This document shows, piece by piece, positions 39,446-49,905 of a stretch of DNA of 64,000 nucleotides. The position numbers and the translations under genes were made by a program. The stretch is from contig JAIFLN010000005.1 of the NCBI GenBank assembly GCA_020049045.1, positions 10,417 to 74,416 on the forward strand. Reading direction: 5' to 3'. Each line of letters opens with the position of its first letter. The stretch's first letter is position 1. The notes under the pieces are model-generated. The model saw only the letters and a program-made list of their open reading frames with translations, was not told where the DNA came from and made no database searches. The DNA comes from Spirochaetota bacterium (GTDB lineage Bacteria; Spirochaetota; Spirochaetia; JABEVK01).

Positions 39446-40077
39446 GCTAAAAGGGCAAAGAACAACGCCTGCAGGACGACATACCAGGAAAGGATAGGTC
39501 GGTTCGGTAACTGGAATTTCCCGGCCCACCAAGATGCAACAATAGCAATCAGGCCCCAAGCGAAATAATTCTGTAACGGTACCTGGCTGTCATGCCAGAC
39601 CCAGTATTCCAGGGAAATTGCCACCGGTTCCAGCAAGTAGTCAAAAGCGACGCAAGCTAGAGCAACCATGAGAATTTGAAGCAATCTGTTCCAATTTGGG
39701 AGTAACCTCAGGACGGCAGTATGGACACCAAGAACAACCAGCACCCAATTCATCCCGATTACGGGAGGAACACCAAGGAACAACATTCCCAGGGTGTCCG
39801 TGTAATGGTAGGGACCGAAAACCAGACCAGTGGCAACACCGAGAGCTTCCAACCCGAAAGTAAGCAACAAAATAGGAACAAAACAAGCCAGTAAGACCTT
39901 CCAATCTGTTTTCCAACCGTAGGTTGCAACAATCGCAGCCCCAGCACCAAGAAGAAACCAGGGTGTCAGAACAATCATCCAAGGAAGAAAAAATGGAATG
40001 GCATGCCCTGCAATTCCAACAATGTATAGGAAGGAAATAACAACAAAGATGATTATCGAATATCTTTTTTCATTCAT
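39424..40077 (-). CDS. Hypothetical integral membrane protein (6-7 TM)
   Basis: Highly hydrophobic 217-aa ORF. It has a 4-nt overlap with the upstream SET-domain gene. Confidence 0.5.
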   Translation of the reverse strand: MNEKRYSIIIFVVISFLYIVGIAGHAIPFFLPWMIVLTPWFLLGAGAAIVATYGWKTDWKVLLACFVPILLLTFGLEALGVATGLVFGPYHYTDTLGMLFLGVPPVIGMNWVLVVLGVHTAVLRLLPNWNRLLQILMVALACVAFDYLLEPVAISLEYWVWHDSQVPLQNYFAWGLIAIVASWWAGKFQLPNRPILSWYVVLQALFFALLAWLGIKV

Positions 40078-40670
40078 GGCAACACCCTCATTTCTCGGAA
40101 TCCCCCTTCCCAGTAAGCCTCCCCATAATCTACGGTTAGCTGTTCATCCACCCGTATATCCCGGATCGTCCTGAAAAAGGTGACAAAAAGATCGTCAACC
40201 AAAGTGTGATCAACTGCCAGGTTGGGTTTTGCCGAATGGTTGGCAAACCTCAGCTCATTTCCTTCCCGAAGTGCATTGATTTCCAATTCAGTGCCATCAG
40301 GTAATTCGTCAGGATAGTTCCAAGCATAGTCTGAAAGATAATGTCCATCCACTTTTTGTTCAGGGGATGCGTCTGACGCTTCTTGAATCACCCCGGAGTA
40401 CTCACCGACCAAATCCCCTAATTGTAAATCCACCCCGGCAAACAGCCCATACCCGAGACCAATACCCGCTTCTTTGATAAAAAGCGGGGGCCGGAAACCT
40501 CTCTGAAGTGACTCTCCATAACGATGGGTCAAAGACTCAAACTCATCTTGGTTCGCCTTATAATACGGACTTGAGGACCAGCGGTATGCCGAGATCCTCG
40601 GATCAGCAATTCGACACCTTGCCAGATAGACCAATCCCCTCAATGCAAAGAATTCTTGAATTGACTCCAT
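40074..40670 (-). CDS. SET-domain protein (putative protein-lysine methyltransferase)
   Basis: ELRFANHSAKPN matches the SET NHSCxPN motif. LTVDYGEAYW resembles the SET C-terminal ELxxDYG. Confidence 0.6.
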   Translation of the reverse strand: MESIQEFFALRGLVYLARCRIADPRISAYRWSSSPYYKANQDEFESLTHRYGESLQRGFRPPLFIKEAGIGLGYGLFAGVDLQLGDLVGEYSGVIQEASDASPEQKVDGHYLSDYAWNYPDELPDGTELEINALREGNELRFANHSAKPNLAVDHTLVDDLFVTFFRTIRDIRVDEQLTVDYGEAYWEGGFREMRVLP

Positions 40671-40824
40671 GAGCCCAGAGTACTCCGTCAGAAGCCATGG
40701 CGTCCAGCAGGGTATAGACTATCAAGAAAGTTCATTTTTTCTATTCGATTTTGAGGTGAAATCCAAAAATCGCAGATAACGCTACATTTTTTTGAGATGC
40801 CATATGAATAATCTCTAGAACTCA

Positions 40825-40852
40825 TTGACTTTCCTGTCATAATTGCTATGAT
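40825..40852 (+). promoter_or_regulatory. Sigma-70-like promoter upstream of ilvB
   Basis: TTGACT, a 16-nt spacer, then TATGAT, in a 237-nt AT-rich leader. Confidence 0.45.
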
Positions 40853-40907
40853 ATTTCTCATCTTCTGAGTTTTTTTGCGGATAGTTTGTTTTTTTGAGGA
40901 GATACAG

Positions 40908-42626
40908 ATGAGCCAAACCACCAAAACCGGGGCCGATGCTTTGGTCGACGTCCTTATTCATGAAGGTGTCGAGTATGTCTTCGGACTTCCCGGTGGTGCC
41001 GCCATCCCGATATTCGATGCTCTCCCCGGTCGAACCGTCAAATTTATTTTGACCAGGCATGAACAGGGTGCCGTTCATATGGCCGATGGTTACGCACGGG
41101 CTACAGGAAAGGTAGGCGTCGCCTTAGTCACCTCCGGGCCAGGGGCAACCAATGCAATTACTGGATTGTTCAGCGCATTGCTTGATTCAGTGCCGGTCGT
41201 TGTTTTTAGCGGACAGGTTCCTACCTGGAACTTGGGTCTTGATGCCTTTCAGGAAGCTGATATTTACGGTATGACCCAGCCTGTTGTGAAGCACTCTTAC
41301 CTTGTCAAGGATGTGAAAGACCTGCCCCGCATCGTCCGCGAAGCGTTTTATCTGGCCCGTACCGGCAGACCGGGACCGGTTCTCGTTGACCTACCCAAGA
41401 ACATCACCAGTTCCGCATTGACTCCCGATTTCACTGCTCCCTTTCAGCTTCCTGGGTATCAAGCGGAACCACCGCATCCTACAGCAGACGATATCAAGAA
41501 AGCCGCAGAAATGCTGAAAAAGGCAAAGAAACCAGTACTGTTGGCTGGTCATGGGGTCATTATCAGCGGTGCAACCGAGGAATTGTCTCGCTTGGTAGAA
41601 ATTCTGCAGATTCCTGTAGTCAATACCCTTTTGGGAAAGGGTGCTTATCCCGAAAGTCACGAACTGAGTCTTGGGATGCTTGGCATGCATGGAACAGCTT
41701 ATGCAAACAAAGCCATGGTTGATGCCGACCTGATTTTCTCAGTGGGCTCGCGTTTCGATGACCGCATTGTTGGAAACTATACCGACTTTGGTGTTGGTGC
41801 CGTCAAGATCCATATTGACATCGATGTTGCCGAGATCAATAAAGTCGTGAAAGTTGACTGTGCCTTGGCCGGGGATGCCAAAGCGGTACTTCAAGAGTTG
41901 CTGCCAATGCTAGAGCGAGGTGATGTGGCTGTCTGGAATAAGCAGATCAAGCGGTGGAAGAGAGAGTTTCCCCTAACCTACCGTAAAGAGGGTCGCCTGC
42001 GTGCTCAGCATGTGATTGAGGAAATGTATAAACTGACCAAGGGCAAAGCAGTCGTGACTACCGATGTCGGTCAGCATCAGATGTGGGCGGCTCAGTTCTA
42101 TCTGACTGATCAGAGGTTCAACTGGCTTTCATCGGGTGGGGCTGGAACCATGGGCTGGGGATTCCCGGCTGCCATCGGAGCTCAAATGGGACGACCAGGA
42201 GAAGCTGTCGTCGCCATTGTTGGTGATGGTGGTTTTCAAATGACCCTTTCAGAACTCTCCACGGCAATGATCAACAAACTGCCAATAAAAATTCTCATAA
42301 TCAACAACCGCTATTTGGGTATGGTCCGTCAATGGCAAAACATGTTTTATGACGATAACCTCTCGGGAGTGGATCTTGAGGGAAACCCGGATTTTGTCAA
42401 ATTGGCTCAGGCGTATGGGATGAAAGCTTTCCGTATCAAGCGCTCTGCAGATGTGAAGAAAATCCTCAAGGCCGCGTTGGCATACAACGAAGGCCCCTGC
42501 CTCATTGATGCAGAAGTAGAGCAGCACGACAATGTGTTCCCCATGGTTCCTGCTGGGGCCTCTCTCCGCGCTATGGTTCTGGAGCAACCAAAGAGAAAAC
42601 TCGAAAAACCCACAGGAGGGACCTGA
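40908..42626 (+). CDS. ilvB: Acetolactate synthase large subunit
   Basis: Thiamine-diphosphate enzyme motifs, including GDGGFQM. A GAGGAG ribosome-binding site precedes the internal Met [13 protein letters not shown]. Confidence 0.9.
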   Translation: MSQTTKTGADALVDVLIHEGVEYVFGLPGGAAIPIFDALPGRTVKFILTRHEQGAVHMADGYARATGKVGVALVTSGPGATNAITGLFSALLDSVPVVVFSGQVPTWNLGLDAFQEADIYGMTQPVVKHSYLVKDVKDLPRIVREAFYLARTGRPGPVLVDLPKNITSSALTPDFTAPFQLPGYQAEPPHPTADDIKKAAEMLKKAKKPVLLAGHGVIISGATEELSRLVEILQIPVVNTLLGKGAYPESHELSLGMLGMHGTAYANKAMVDADLIFSVGSRFDDRIVGNYTDFGVGAVKIHIDIDVAEINKVVKVDCALAGDAKAVLQELLPMLERGDVAVWNKQIKRWKREFPLTYRKEGRLRAQHVIEEMYKLTKGKAVVTTDVGQHQMWAAQFYLTDQRFNWLSSGGAGTMGWGFPAAIGAQMGRPGEAVVAIVGDGGFQMTLSELSTAMINKLPIKILIINNRYLGMVRQWQNMFYDDNLSGVDLEGNPDFVKLAQAYGMKAFRIKRSADVKKILKAALAYNEGPCLIDAEVEQHDNVFPMVPAGASLRAMVLEQPKRKLEKPTGGT

Positions 42627-42627
42627 A

Positions 42628-43143
42628 ATGAGCACACTTGAGACAGAAAACCGGCACACAATCAGCCTCTATGTTGCTAACAAACCAGGGGTTCTCAACC
42701 GAATCGCTCTTGTGTTCGGCAGACGTGGTTACAACATCGACAGCCTGGTTGTGAGCGAATCCACCGACCCTGGGTATTCCTATATGAATATCGTCGCGAC
42801 AGGCGACGGGGAAACTCTGGTTCAGATCATCAAGCAGTTGAATAAACTGGTGGATGTCGTCAGCGCTAAGGACTATAGCAACGAAGATGTTATTCAGAAA
42901 GAGCTGGCATTGTTCAAAATCAATTGTCCCCCAGAACGCAGAACCGAGGTGCTCCAGATTGCTCAGACTTTCAAGGCGGTTTCAGAGGACCTGACTTCGA
43001 CAACATTGACCTTAATGGTTACGGGAAAATCTGAGAAAATCGATGCTCTAAAGGAAATGCTCTCCAATTTTGGAATTCTTGAATTGGTCAGAACAGGCAA
43101 AGTGCTGATCAGCCGTGGAGACCACCGAACGAGCCGGAATTGA
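42628..43143 (+). CDS. ilvH: Acetolactate synthase small (regulatory) subunit
   Basis: ACT domain HTISLYVANKPGVLNRIALVFGRRGYNIDSL. The start follows the ilvB stop by 1 nt. Confidence 0.85.
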   Translation: MSTLETENRHTISLYVANKPGVLNRIALVFGRRGYNIDSLVVSESTDPGYSYMNIVATGDGETLVQIIKQLNKLVDVVSAKDYSNEDVIQKELALFKINCPPERRTEVLQIAQTFKAVSEDLTSTTLTLMVTGKSEKIDALKEMLSNFGILELVRTGKVLISRGDHRTSRN

Positions 43144-44008
43144 ACCAGTTTCGTATGGTTGATTCAAGGGCGCTGGCAGCCGGACTTGGGCGTGAACCTT
43201 CTCGGACAACCAGAGAAAGTGTCCGGGTGGGTGTGGGAGGCAGTAAGTCGAGGTAAGCTGGTCCCGGGCTTTTTCGGACCATTCTCGGTACCAAGCTTAC
43301 ACCCAGACCTGCCTCGACAAGGGCCTGTACGGTCTCGATACCACCACTTTCATACACAATTCTTGGTTCGATTCCTTGAAGTACTAAGTAGTCCAGGACT
43401 ATTTTCCGAAACCCAAAGCCACTTTTCATAACGATTAAGGGCTCTCCAGACAAAGCCTCGACTGCTATGGCGCCTCGTCCGGCAAGTGTGTGATCCCATG
43501 GGACTGCCACGAGAAGTGGTTCGCTGAAGAGCTGGTAGGACTGAAGCCCCGGTCCCAATCCTGCTTCATCCAGGATGGCAAGATCGACACTTCCATCCCT
43601 TAGGGAGTCTGCCAGCAAGGGAGAGGATTCTTCGCGCAGGGAAACAGCTAGACCAGGATGAAGCTGCCGAAATCTCCTCAATAAGGGTGGGAGGAGGTAA
43701 GCCCCGGTTGTTGGCAGACAACCTAGAATCACCTCTCCACGGCGAAGTCCATCCAAGTCAGCAAAGTCTTTCATTGCTTCTTGGAGCTCCCGAAGAATAT
43801 GACTGGCTCGGGGAAGAAATACCTTACCACGTTCAGTCAGGCGGGAACCCAATCGGTGCCGTTCCAAAAGGGAACCACCAGCTTCCTCCTCGAGTTTGGC
43901 AATTTGTATCGACAAGGATGGCTGGGATACATGACAGTACTCAGCGGCAGCTGTAAAAGAACCAGTATCGACAATTGCTACAAAGTAGCGAAGCTGATGT
44001 ATTTCCAT
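43109..44008 (-). CDS. LysR-family transcriptional regulator
   Basis: N-terminal helix-turn-helix MEIHQLRYFVAIVDTGSFTAAAEYCHVSQPSLSIQIAKLEEE. It is divergent from leuC. Confidence 0.85.
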   Translation of the reverse strand: MEIHQLRYFVAIVDTGSFTAAAEYCHVSQPSLSIQIAKLEEEAGGSLLERHRLGSRLTERGKVFLPRASHILRELQEAMKDFADLDGLRRGEVILGCLPTTGAYLLPPLLRRFRQLHPGLAVSLREESSPLLADSLRDGSVDLAILDEAGLGPGLQSYQLFSEPLLVAVPWDHTLAGRGAIAVEALSGEPLIVMKSGFGFRKIVLDYLVLQGIEPRIVYESGGIETVQALVEAGLGVSLVPRMVRKSPGPAYLDLLPPTPTRTLSLVVREGSRPSPAASALESTIRNWFNSGSFGGLHG

Positions 44009-44097
44009 AACACTAGTCTATACATATCATAGTTAACATATCTTTTACAAATATAATTCAGTACTTTATTCTCAATACCATAATCCGGGAGGATTTC

Positions 44098-45525
44098 ATG
44101 GCGAAAGGAACGCTTTACAACAAAATTTGGGATGCGCATGCGGTGACAACCCTACCTACGGGTCAAACCCAACTCTTTATCGGCTTGCACTTGGTCCACG
44201 AAGTAACCAGTCCACAAGCCTTTGATATGCTGAGGGAACGGGGACTCAAAGTTGCCTATCCTGACCGGACTTTTGCCACAATGGACCACATCGTTCCGAC
44301 CAAAAGTCAAAAACGCCCCTTTATGGACGAACAAGCGGAACTCATGATGCAGGCCATAGAACGGAATACCAAGGATTTCAGTGTCAATTTTTTCGATTTT
44401 GCCTCCGGTCGCCAGGGCGTTGTGCATATCATTGGACCTGAACTGGGTTTGACACAACCAGGTATGACCATCGCTTGTGGGGACAGCCACACTGCAACCC
44501 ATGGAGCTTTCGGTTCTTTGGCCTTCGGTATTGGAACAAGCCAAGTCCGCGATGTACTTGCGACCCAGTGCCTGTGCATGGACCCCATGAAAGTCAGAAG
44601 GATTGAGGTGAATGGCCATTTGAAGCCCGGAGTTACACCCAAGGACGTTTCATTGTACCTTATCAACCGTTTAGGAGTGAAAGGGGGCATTGGCTTTGCC
44701 TACGAATATGCAGGTTCTGTTTTTGATGAAATGACCATGGAAGGACGGATGACAGTCTGCAATATGGCCATCGAGGGGGGGGCACGAGTCGGATACTGCA
44801 ATCCAGATGAAACAACCTTTGATTATCTCAAAGGCAAGGAACATGCCCCGAAACAAGAGAATTGGACTCAGGCCGTAGCCCGTTGGAAAGCCGTAGCCAG
44901 CGAAAAAGATGCCGTTTATGATGAAGTGGTGAAATTTGATGCCGGCGAGATTGAACCCATGATCACTTGGGGAATCACCCCTGGCCAGAGCGTTGGAGTC
45001 CTGGATTCGCTTCCAAACCCAGAAGTTATTGCCGACAAAGGTGAACGTGAAACAGCCTTGCTGGCATACAAGCATATGCAACTGAAACCTGGTCAAAAAG
45101 CCGAGTCGATCAAAATTGATGTGGCGTTCATCGGTAGTTGTACCAATGGCAGGATCAGCGATCTGAGGGCTGCGGCCGAAATTGCTAAAGGAAGAAAGGT
45201 TGCCCCTGGAGTCCATGCCTTTGTTGTTCCAGGCTCGATGAAAGTCCGAGAGGAAGCCATGGCAGAAGGTTTGGACAAGATTTTTCTCGACGCCGGTTTC
45301 GAGTGGCGCGAGGCTGGTTGCTCCATGTGCTTGGCGATGAATCCTGATCAACTTAAGGGAGATCAGATTTCTGCCAGCTCATCCAACCGAAACTTTATTG
45401 GCCGACAGGGCTCTCCAACTGGTCGAACTCTGCTGATGTCACCTGCCATGGTCGCAGCAGCAGCGATCGCTGGCCACGTTGCCGATGTCCGAACACTCGC
45501 CCCACTAGGAGCCGCACATGTCTAA
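44098..45525 (+). CDS. leuC: 3-isopropylmalate dehydratase large subunit
   Basis: Aconitase-family Cys ligands and the [15 protein letters not shown]-terminus. Confidence 0.85.
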   Translation: MAKGTLYNKIWDAHAVTTLPTGQTQLFIGLHLVHEVTSPQAFDMLRERGLKVAYPDRTFATMDHIVPTKSQKRPFMDEQAELMMQAIERNTKDFSVNFFDFASGRQGVVHIIGPELGLTQPGMTIACGDSHTATHGAFGSLAFGIGTSQVRDVLATQCLCMDPMKVRRIEVNGHLKPGVTPKDVSLYLINRLGVKGGIGFAYEYAGSVFDEMTMEGRMTVCNMAIEGGARVGYCNPDETTFDYLKGKEHAPKQENWTQAVARWKAVASEKDAVYDEVVKFDAGEIEPMITWGITPGQSVGVLDSLPNPEVIADKGERETALLAYKHMQLKPGQKAESIKIDVAFIGSCTNGRISDLRAAAEIAKGRKVAPGVHAFVVPGSMKVREEAMAEGLDKIFLDAGFEWREAGCSMCLAMNPDQLKGDQISASSSNRNFIGRQGSPTGRTLLMSPAMVAAAAIAGHVADVRTLAPLGAAHV

Positions 45526-46120
45526 GATTGTCAACATTCAAGGTAGAGCCGTTCCTGTAGTAGGGGATGACATTGACACCGACCGTATTATTCCAGCCCG
45601 CTATCTGAAAGAAATCACCTTCAGCCGTATGGGTGAGTACCCATTCTATGATGAGCGCTTCAAACCCGATGGAACGAAAAAGGAACACCCGTTCAACCGC
45701 AACGAGTATCAGGGTGCTTCCATTCTTCTTGGGAACGTCAACTTCGGATGCGGTTCCAGCCGCGAACATGCACCCCAAAGTTTGGTTCGGTGGGGTATCC
45801 GGGCGGTGGTGGCCGAAAGTTTTGCAGAGATTTTTGCAGGCAATTGTGTGATGTTGGGAACACCAGCGCTTGTTGCTTCGAAAGAAGACGTGGCACAGTT
45901 GCAAAAGCTCGCCGCGGAGAAACCTGGTACGGTCTTTACCGTCGACCTGCAGGCAATGGAAGTGAGGGCTGAGGGACTGACCATCAAGGTGACGATGCCG
46001 CCTTCCAGGAGAAACGCTCTTCTGGAAGGTACTTGGGACAGCACAGCCTTGCTTCTGGCCAATGCAACCACCGTAAGGGCAAAGGCCGCCGTGCTGCCCC
46101 ACCCTTCTGGAAAGTCCTAG
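45518..46120 (+). CDS. leuD: 3-isopropylmalate dehydratase small subunit
   Basis: Overlaps leuC by 8 nt. Aconitase swivel-domain length (200 aa). Confidence 0.8.
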   Translation: MSKIVNIQGRAVPVVGDDIDTDRIIPARYLKEITFSRMGEYPFYDERFKPDGTKKEHPFNRNEYQGASILLGNVNFGCGSSREHAPQSLVRWGIRAVVAESFAEIFAGNCVMLGTPALVASKEDVAQLQKLAAEKPGTVFTVDLQAMEVRAEGLTIKVTMPPSRRNALLEGTWDSTALLLANATTVRAKAAVLPHPSGKS

Positions 46121-46167
46121 TTTGACAGAAGGAGCAAATATCTGGTATGTTTGCTCCGAAGACAACC

Positions 46168-46241
46168 GGACGAATAGCTCAGTTGGTTAGAGCGGCTGCT
46201 TTACACGCAGCGGGTCGGGGGTTCGAATCCCTCTTCGTCCA
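46168..46241 (+). tRNA. tRNA-Val (anticodon TAC)
   Basis: Acceptor GGACGAA/TTCGTCC, D-arm AGCTCAGTTGGTTAGAGC, anticodon stem GCTGC/GCAGC with loop TTTACAC, and T-arm GGTTCGAATCC. Confidence 0.85.
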
Positions 46242-46250
46242 AAAATGTTC

Positions 46251-48320
46251 CTATAAACATGCTTTTCTGCTGAGGCTGATACGTTTTTTTGCTTTGTCGA
46301 CCGAAAGTACCATGACTTTCACTGTCTGCCCCGGCTTGACAACATCCATTGCATTCTTGACAAACGTCGTTGCCAGTTGACTGACATGGACAAGCCCATC
46401 TTGATGAACTCCGATATCGACAAAGGCACCGAAGTCAGTGACATTGGTTACAATTCCATTGAGAATCTGCCCTTCATGAAGGTCATCCATTGTCTTGATC
46501 AGGTCGTCAAAGGTAACAACCTCAAAGGCGGGTCGGGGGTCACGTCCCGGTTTTTCCAGCTCCTTGAGAATATCATGCAAGGTCACGTCACCGACTTCCA
46601 AGTTGGTTTTCTGCCCGCCGGCCAGGGAAGCTAGGTCCTTGCGTCCAATCAAATCTTTAACAGAACAATGCGCGTTCTTTGCCAACTTTTCGACAACCGG
46701 ATAACTTTCGGGATGCACTGCTGAAGCATCCAATGGGTTCTCGCCATCATGTATTCTTAAGAATCCGGCCGCTTGTTCAAAGGCTTTGGGACCAAGGCCT
46801 TTCACTTCCAAAAGATCAGTCCGCCGCCGGTAAGGTCCATGTTTCGTGCGATGAGCCACTATCGATGCTGCCAGTCGTCCGTTTAGACCGGCAATATACG
46901 TAAGGATAGGTTTCGTGGCAGTATTCAAATCAACACCTACACGGTTTACACAACTCACAACAACGTCATCGAGACTTTTCTTGAGCTCTTTTTGATCCAC
47001 ATCGTGCTGATACTGCCCTACCCCTATGGACTTCGGGTCGATTTTTACCAGCTCATTCAGTGGGTCTAGAAGACGACGACCAATAGAAACCGCACCTCTG
47101 ACTGTCAGGTCATAATCTGGAAATTCTTCTCGGGCCACCTCACTGGCGCTATAAACTGATGCTCCACTTTCATTGACAGAAAGTACAGGGATTCCAAGAT
47201 TGAGACTTCTCAGCCAAGACTCGGACTCCCTTCCTCCGGTGCCATTACCGACCGCTACAGCAGAGAGGTTGTACCTCTTGACTGCTTCACGTACCAAATG
47301 CTCTGCTTCCTGAGTTTTTTTGTGGGGTTCGAGGGGATAAATGACCCCATGATCCAGCAAGGTTCCCTGAGCCGAAAGAACAACGACTTTGCAACCCGTC
47401 CTGAGACCAGGATCAACTGCTAACAGCGCCTTCTGCCCCAAAGGAGCAGAAAGAAGGAGTTGCCGTAAGTTTTCGGCAAAAATATGAATCGCCCCCGATT
47501 CAGCCCGCGAACGCGCCTCCTTCAAAGCTTCATTCTCCAAGCTAGGTCCAAGGAGACGCTTCAGACTATCTTTAATGGCAGACTCCAACAGAGAATTGGG
47601 ATTCGTTCCTCGAGGAAATGCGACGGCGAGAATATCCAATTGGGCAGCAGAGTCATTGATTTCCAAGCTGAGGCTGAGATGTTTTTCTGACTCTCCACGC
47701 AACACAGCCAGCAGTCGGTGTCCAGGCATCAGAGACAATTGTTCATTCTTATCAACATGCTCTCTAAAAGGATGCTCTTTAGCGGCTCCTCGAGCTTGGG
47801 AAACAACTAATACACCTTGACCAATATACCGACTCCGAATCACCTGCCGTACGGCTGCCGTCTCGGCCAGCCTCTCAGCGACAATATCACAAGCTCCTGA
47901 TAAGGCTTCTTCACTGCCTTCTAGTTTCTGATTCTGCCATAATTGATCGGCCAGCGGCCCATATCCTTTCTCCAAAGCTACGGACGCCCTCGTCTTGCGT
48001 TTGGGTCGGAAGGGCAAAAAAAAGTCCTCGAGCGCCGTTAAGGTCGAAAAACTAAAAACCTGTTTTTCCCTGTCCAAGGACCAATGACCATTCTCTTTGA
48101 GGCTTTCCAACACAGCGACACGCCGTTTTTCTAGGTCATGAACCCTTTCTCTTTCGTCACGAATCGCTAATAAAACGACCTCATCCAAATTACCAGTGAT
48201 TTCCTTACGGTAACGAGCGATGAAAGGAATCGTGTGCTCCTGGTCAAGGAGTTCAAAAACCGAGCCAACAGAACGTTCAGAAAGACTCAAACGTTGTGCA
48301 ACGGCAGATACCATGTTCAT
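46251..48320 (-). CDS. tex: Transcription accessory protein Tex (YqgF/RuvC-like, HhH and S1 domains)
   Basis: The internal start MNMVSAVAQRLSLSERSVGSVFELLDQEHTIPFIARYRKE is the conserved Tex N-terminus, and there is a C-terminal S1 domain. The upstream part of the ORF is spurious. Confidence 0.8.
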   Translation of the reverse strand: MNMVSAVAQRLSLSERSVGSVFELLDQEHTIPFIARYRKEITGNLDEVVLLAIRDERERVHDLEKRRVAVLESLKENGHWSLDREKQVFSFSTLTALEDFFLPFRPKRKTRASVALEKGYGPLADQLWQNQKLEGSEEALSGACDIVAERLAETAAVRQVIRSRYIGQGVLVVSQARGAAKEHPFREHVDKNEQLSLMPGHRLLAVLRGESEKHLSLSLEINDSAAQLDILAVAFPRGTNPNSLLESAIKDSLKRLLGPSLENEALKEARSRAESGAIHIFAENLRQLLLSAPLGQKALLAVDPGLRTGCKVVVLSAQGTLLDHGVIYPLEPHKKTQEAEHLVREAVKRYNLSAVAVGNGTGGRESESWLRSLNLGIPVLSVNESGASVYSASEVAREEFPDYDLTVRGAVSIGRRLLDPLNELVKIDPKSIGVGQYQHDVDQKELKKSLDDVVVSCVNRVGVDLNTATKPILTYIAGLNGRLAASIVAHRTKHGPYRRRTDLLEVKGLGPKAFEQAAGFLRIHDGENPLDASAVHPESYPVVEKLAKNAHCSVKDLIGRKDLASLAGGQKTNLEVGDVTLHDILKELEKPGRDPRPAFEVVTFDDLIKTMDDLHEGQILNGIVTNVTDFGAFVDIGVHQDGLVHVSQLATTFVKNAMDVVKPGQTVKVMVLSVDKAKKRISLSRKACL

Positions 48321-48334
48321 AGAAGACGTCCTTG

Positions 48335-48370
48335 AAATAAAAAAAAGCCGGCTGGGGGAGCCGGCTTTTT
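48335..48370 (-). terminator. Rho-independent terminator downstream of flaA
   Basis: Palindromic AGCCGGCT-GGGGG-AGCCGGCT hairpin, followed on the minus strand by a U-rich run. Confidence 0.7.
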
Positions 48371-48387
48371 CAGTGTGTGAAGAAGTA

Positions 48388-49383
48388 TTACTGTGCAGCA
48401 GCGGCGGCAGGAGCAGGCTGATCAAAAGCAGCTTCTTTAGCCATCTTCTTAGTTTCCAGGGACCGAAGTACCTGAAGATTACCAAGTTTCGCCAACTCAA
48501 AGTTGCGTTCCGACTCTTCCCGAGCCTTAAGAATACCCCAAATCGCCTCATCATCGACATCGGCGTTTCTATCAACGACAGCCTGGTCATAGATGACCTT
48601 GATGTCTTTGATATAGGAAACGATGTCACCGCCATCCTGAGCTGCGTCCCGATGAATGACAATGCCCTTAAGCTTGATCATCGGAGCCGAGCGAGGATAG
48701 AGAGGAAGAACTTTGACGTCCCTGTTCCGAACTTCGGTCTGATAGTTCGGATTGTTCCATTGAAGAGCCTTCCAGCCATCGAAGTTCAGATATCCCATAA
48801 AGATTTCCTGTTCTTGGCCCAGTTCATTTTCCAGCAACAACGAAATGCTGTTGGAGAAGTTCCGTCCCAGAATATTGATCTGAATGGACTTGATCACGCC
48901 GACGTTCTTGAGAACGCCGAAGCCATCAAACTGCGAACCAGCCTTAGCGTTCTGATCGGTCGAACCTTCCAGCGTGGCATAAGCAGGGATAGTGAACGCA
49001 GGCTTGATTATCGCATACGAGTTCACACCGTAAGACGGGAAGTGAATCCGGACACCCATGACAGTCTCACCACCAAACTTGGCGGCATCCTGCTTGACGG
49101 GAGCAGCGGTAATCTGGGACAGGGTCTGGTTCTCCACGGACTGTGAAGAAGAAGCCAGTACAATTTCCCAGCTAGGAATAGCGAGGGAGATCTTCATCTT
49201 GGCCTTGTCTTCAGCACTGTAGGCTGATCCCGCCTGGCGGCTATAGTCGATGGTCGTCTGAGCGTGCAGGCCAGCATCTCCTTCGCCAATCAACTTTGAG
49301 AAATCAATGAGAGTCGCTTGTTCTGCGAAGGCACTGTTAGCCAGAAACAGGGCCACCCCCAGAATCGTGAAGAACCTTTTCAT
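48388..49383 (-). CDS. flaA: Flagellar filament outer-layer (sheath) protein FlaA
   Basis: Signal peptide MKRFFTILGVALFLANSAFA. It is about 331 aa, with the FlaA-family composition and C-terminus, a GGAG ribosome-binding site, and is the last gene of the operon. Confidence 0.75.
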   Translation of the reverse strand: MKRFFTILGVALFLANSAFAEQATLIDFSKLIGEGDAGLHAQTTIDYSRQAGSAYSAEDKAKMKISLAIPSWEIVLASSSQSVENQTLSQITAAPVKQDAAKFGGETVMGVRIHFPSYGVNSYAIIKPAFTIPAYATLEGSTDQNAKAGSQFDGFGVLKNVGVIKSIQINILGRNFSNSISLLLENELGQEQEIFMGYLNFDGWKALQWNNPNYQTEVRNRDVKVLPLYPRSAPMIKLKGIVIHRDAAQDGGDIVSYIKDIKVIYDQAVVDRNADVDDEAIWGILKAREESERNFELAKLGNLQVLRSLETKKMAKEAAFDQPAPAAAAAQ

Positions 49384-49431
49384 CCAGTGCTCCTTTTTAG
49401 CTTGGATTCTTTTTTTCATTATATGGATGCT

Positions 49432-49905
49432 TCATCCTTTGTCAACGAGATTCACCCCAGTAGGTTCCCCCCCCACCGAGATCATCACATTCGAAACACC
49501 TGAAAAGTTGTCCATCAGCGTCGCTTTCAGGACATCCAAGGCCATTACAGGCGAATATATAACATCGGGGTCAGGATTGAAAGCCCTTTTTGACAAATCG
49601 ATGAAAGCTGTTTGCCCACGAACGAGAACTGTTCTAACCTGGGCCTCACGGGAAAACAACCGCAAGTGCTGATGCTGCGCTGGTCCAAGCAAGATTTCCT
49701 TGGTCAGGAGTTCCATATCGTGTTCCACATTTCCATTGAACGGCAAAGAACGGGCCTCAGGTACCAACTGATGGCTGATTTCTGCTGGAAATTGAAGGAC
49801 TGTTCGGACAAGATTGCCTGGGAGAACGAAATACAGCAAAAGAGATAGCAGAAACACTAAAGCAAGTGCTGCCAAGGCCCCAAGAAGTGTCCGATCAGAA
49901 GTCAT
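49432..49905 (-). CDS. GerMN-domain membrane-anchored protein
   Basis: N-terminal transmembrane helix, then ILLGPAQ...VRTVLVRGQTAFIDLSKRAF matching the GerMN core (LL.GP...V....A.VDLS..F). A 4-nt overlap with the amidase gene. Confidence 0.5.
   Translation of the reverse strand: MTSDRTLLGALAALALVFLLSLLLYFVLPGNLVRTVLQFPAEISHQLVPEARSLPFNGNVEHDMELLTKEILLGPAQHQHLRLFSREAQVRTVLVRGQTAFIDLSKRAFNPDPDVIYSPVMALDVLKATLMDNFSGVSNVMISVGGEPTGVNLVDKG

Noticed and set aside
40688-40924. 78-aa minus-strand ORF in the ilvB upstream region
   Set aside because: Lies in an AT-rich promoter/leader region and has no ribosome-binding site. More likely non-coding.
48220-49146. 308-aa plus-strand ORF spanning the tex/flaA junction
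   Set aside because: Antisense to tex and flaA and crosses an intrinsic terminator. Not plausible.
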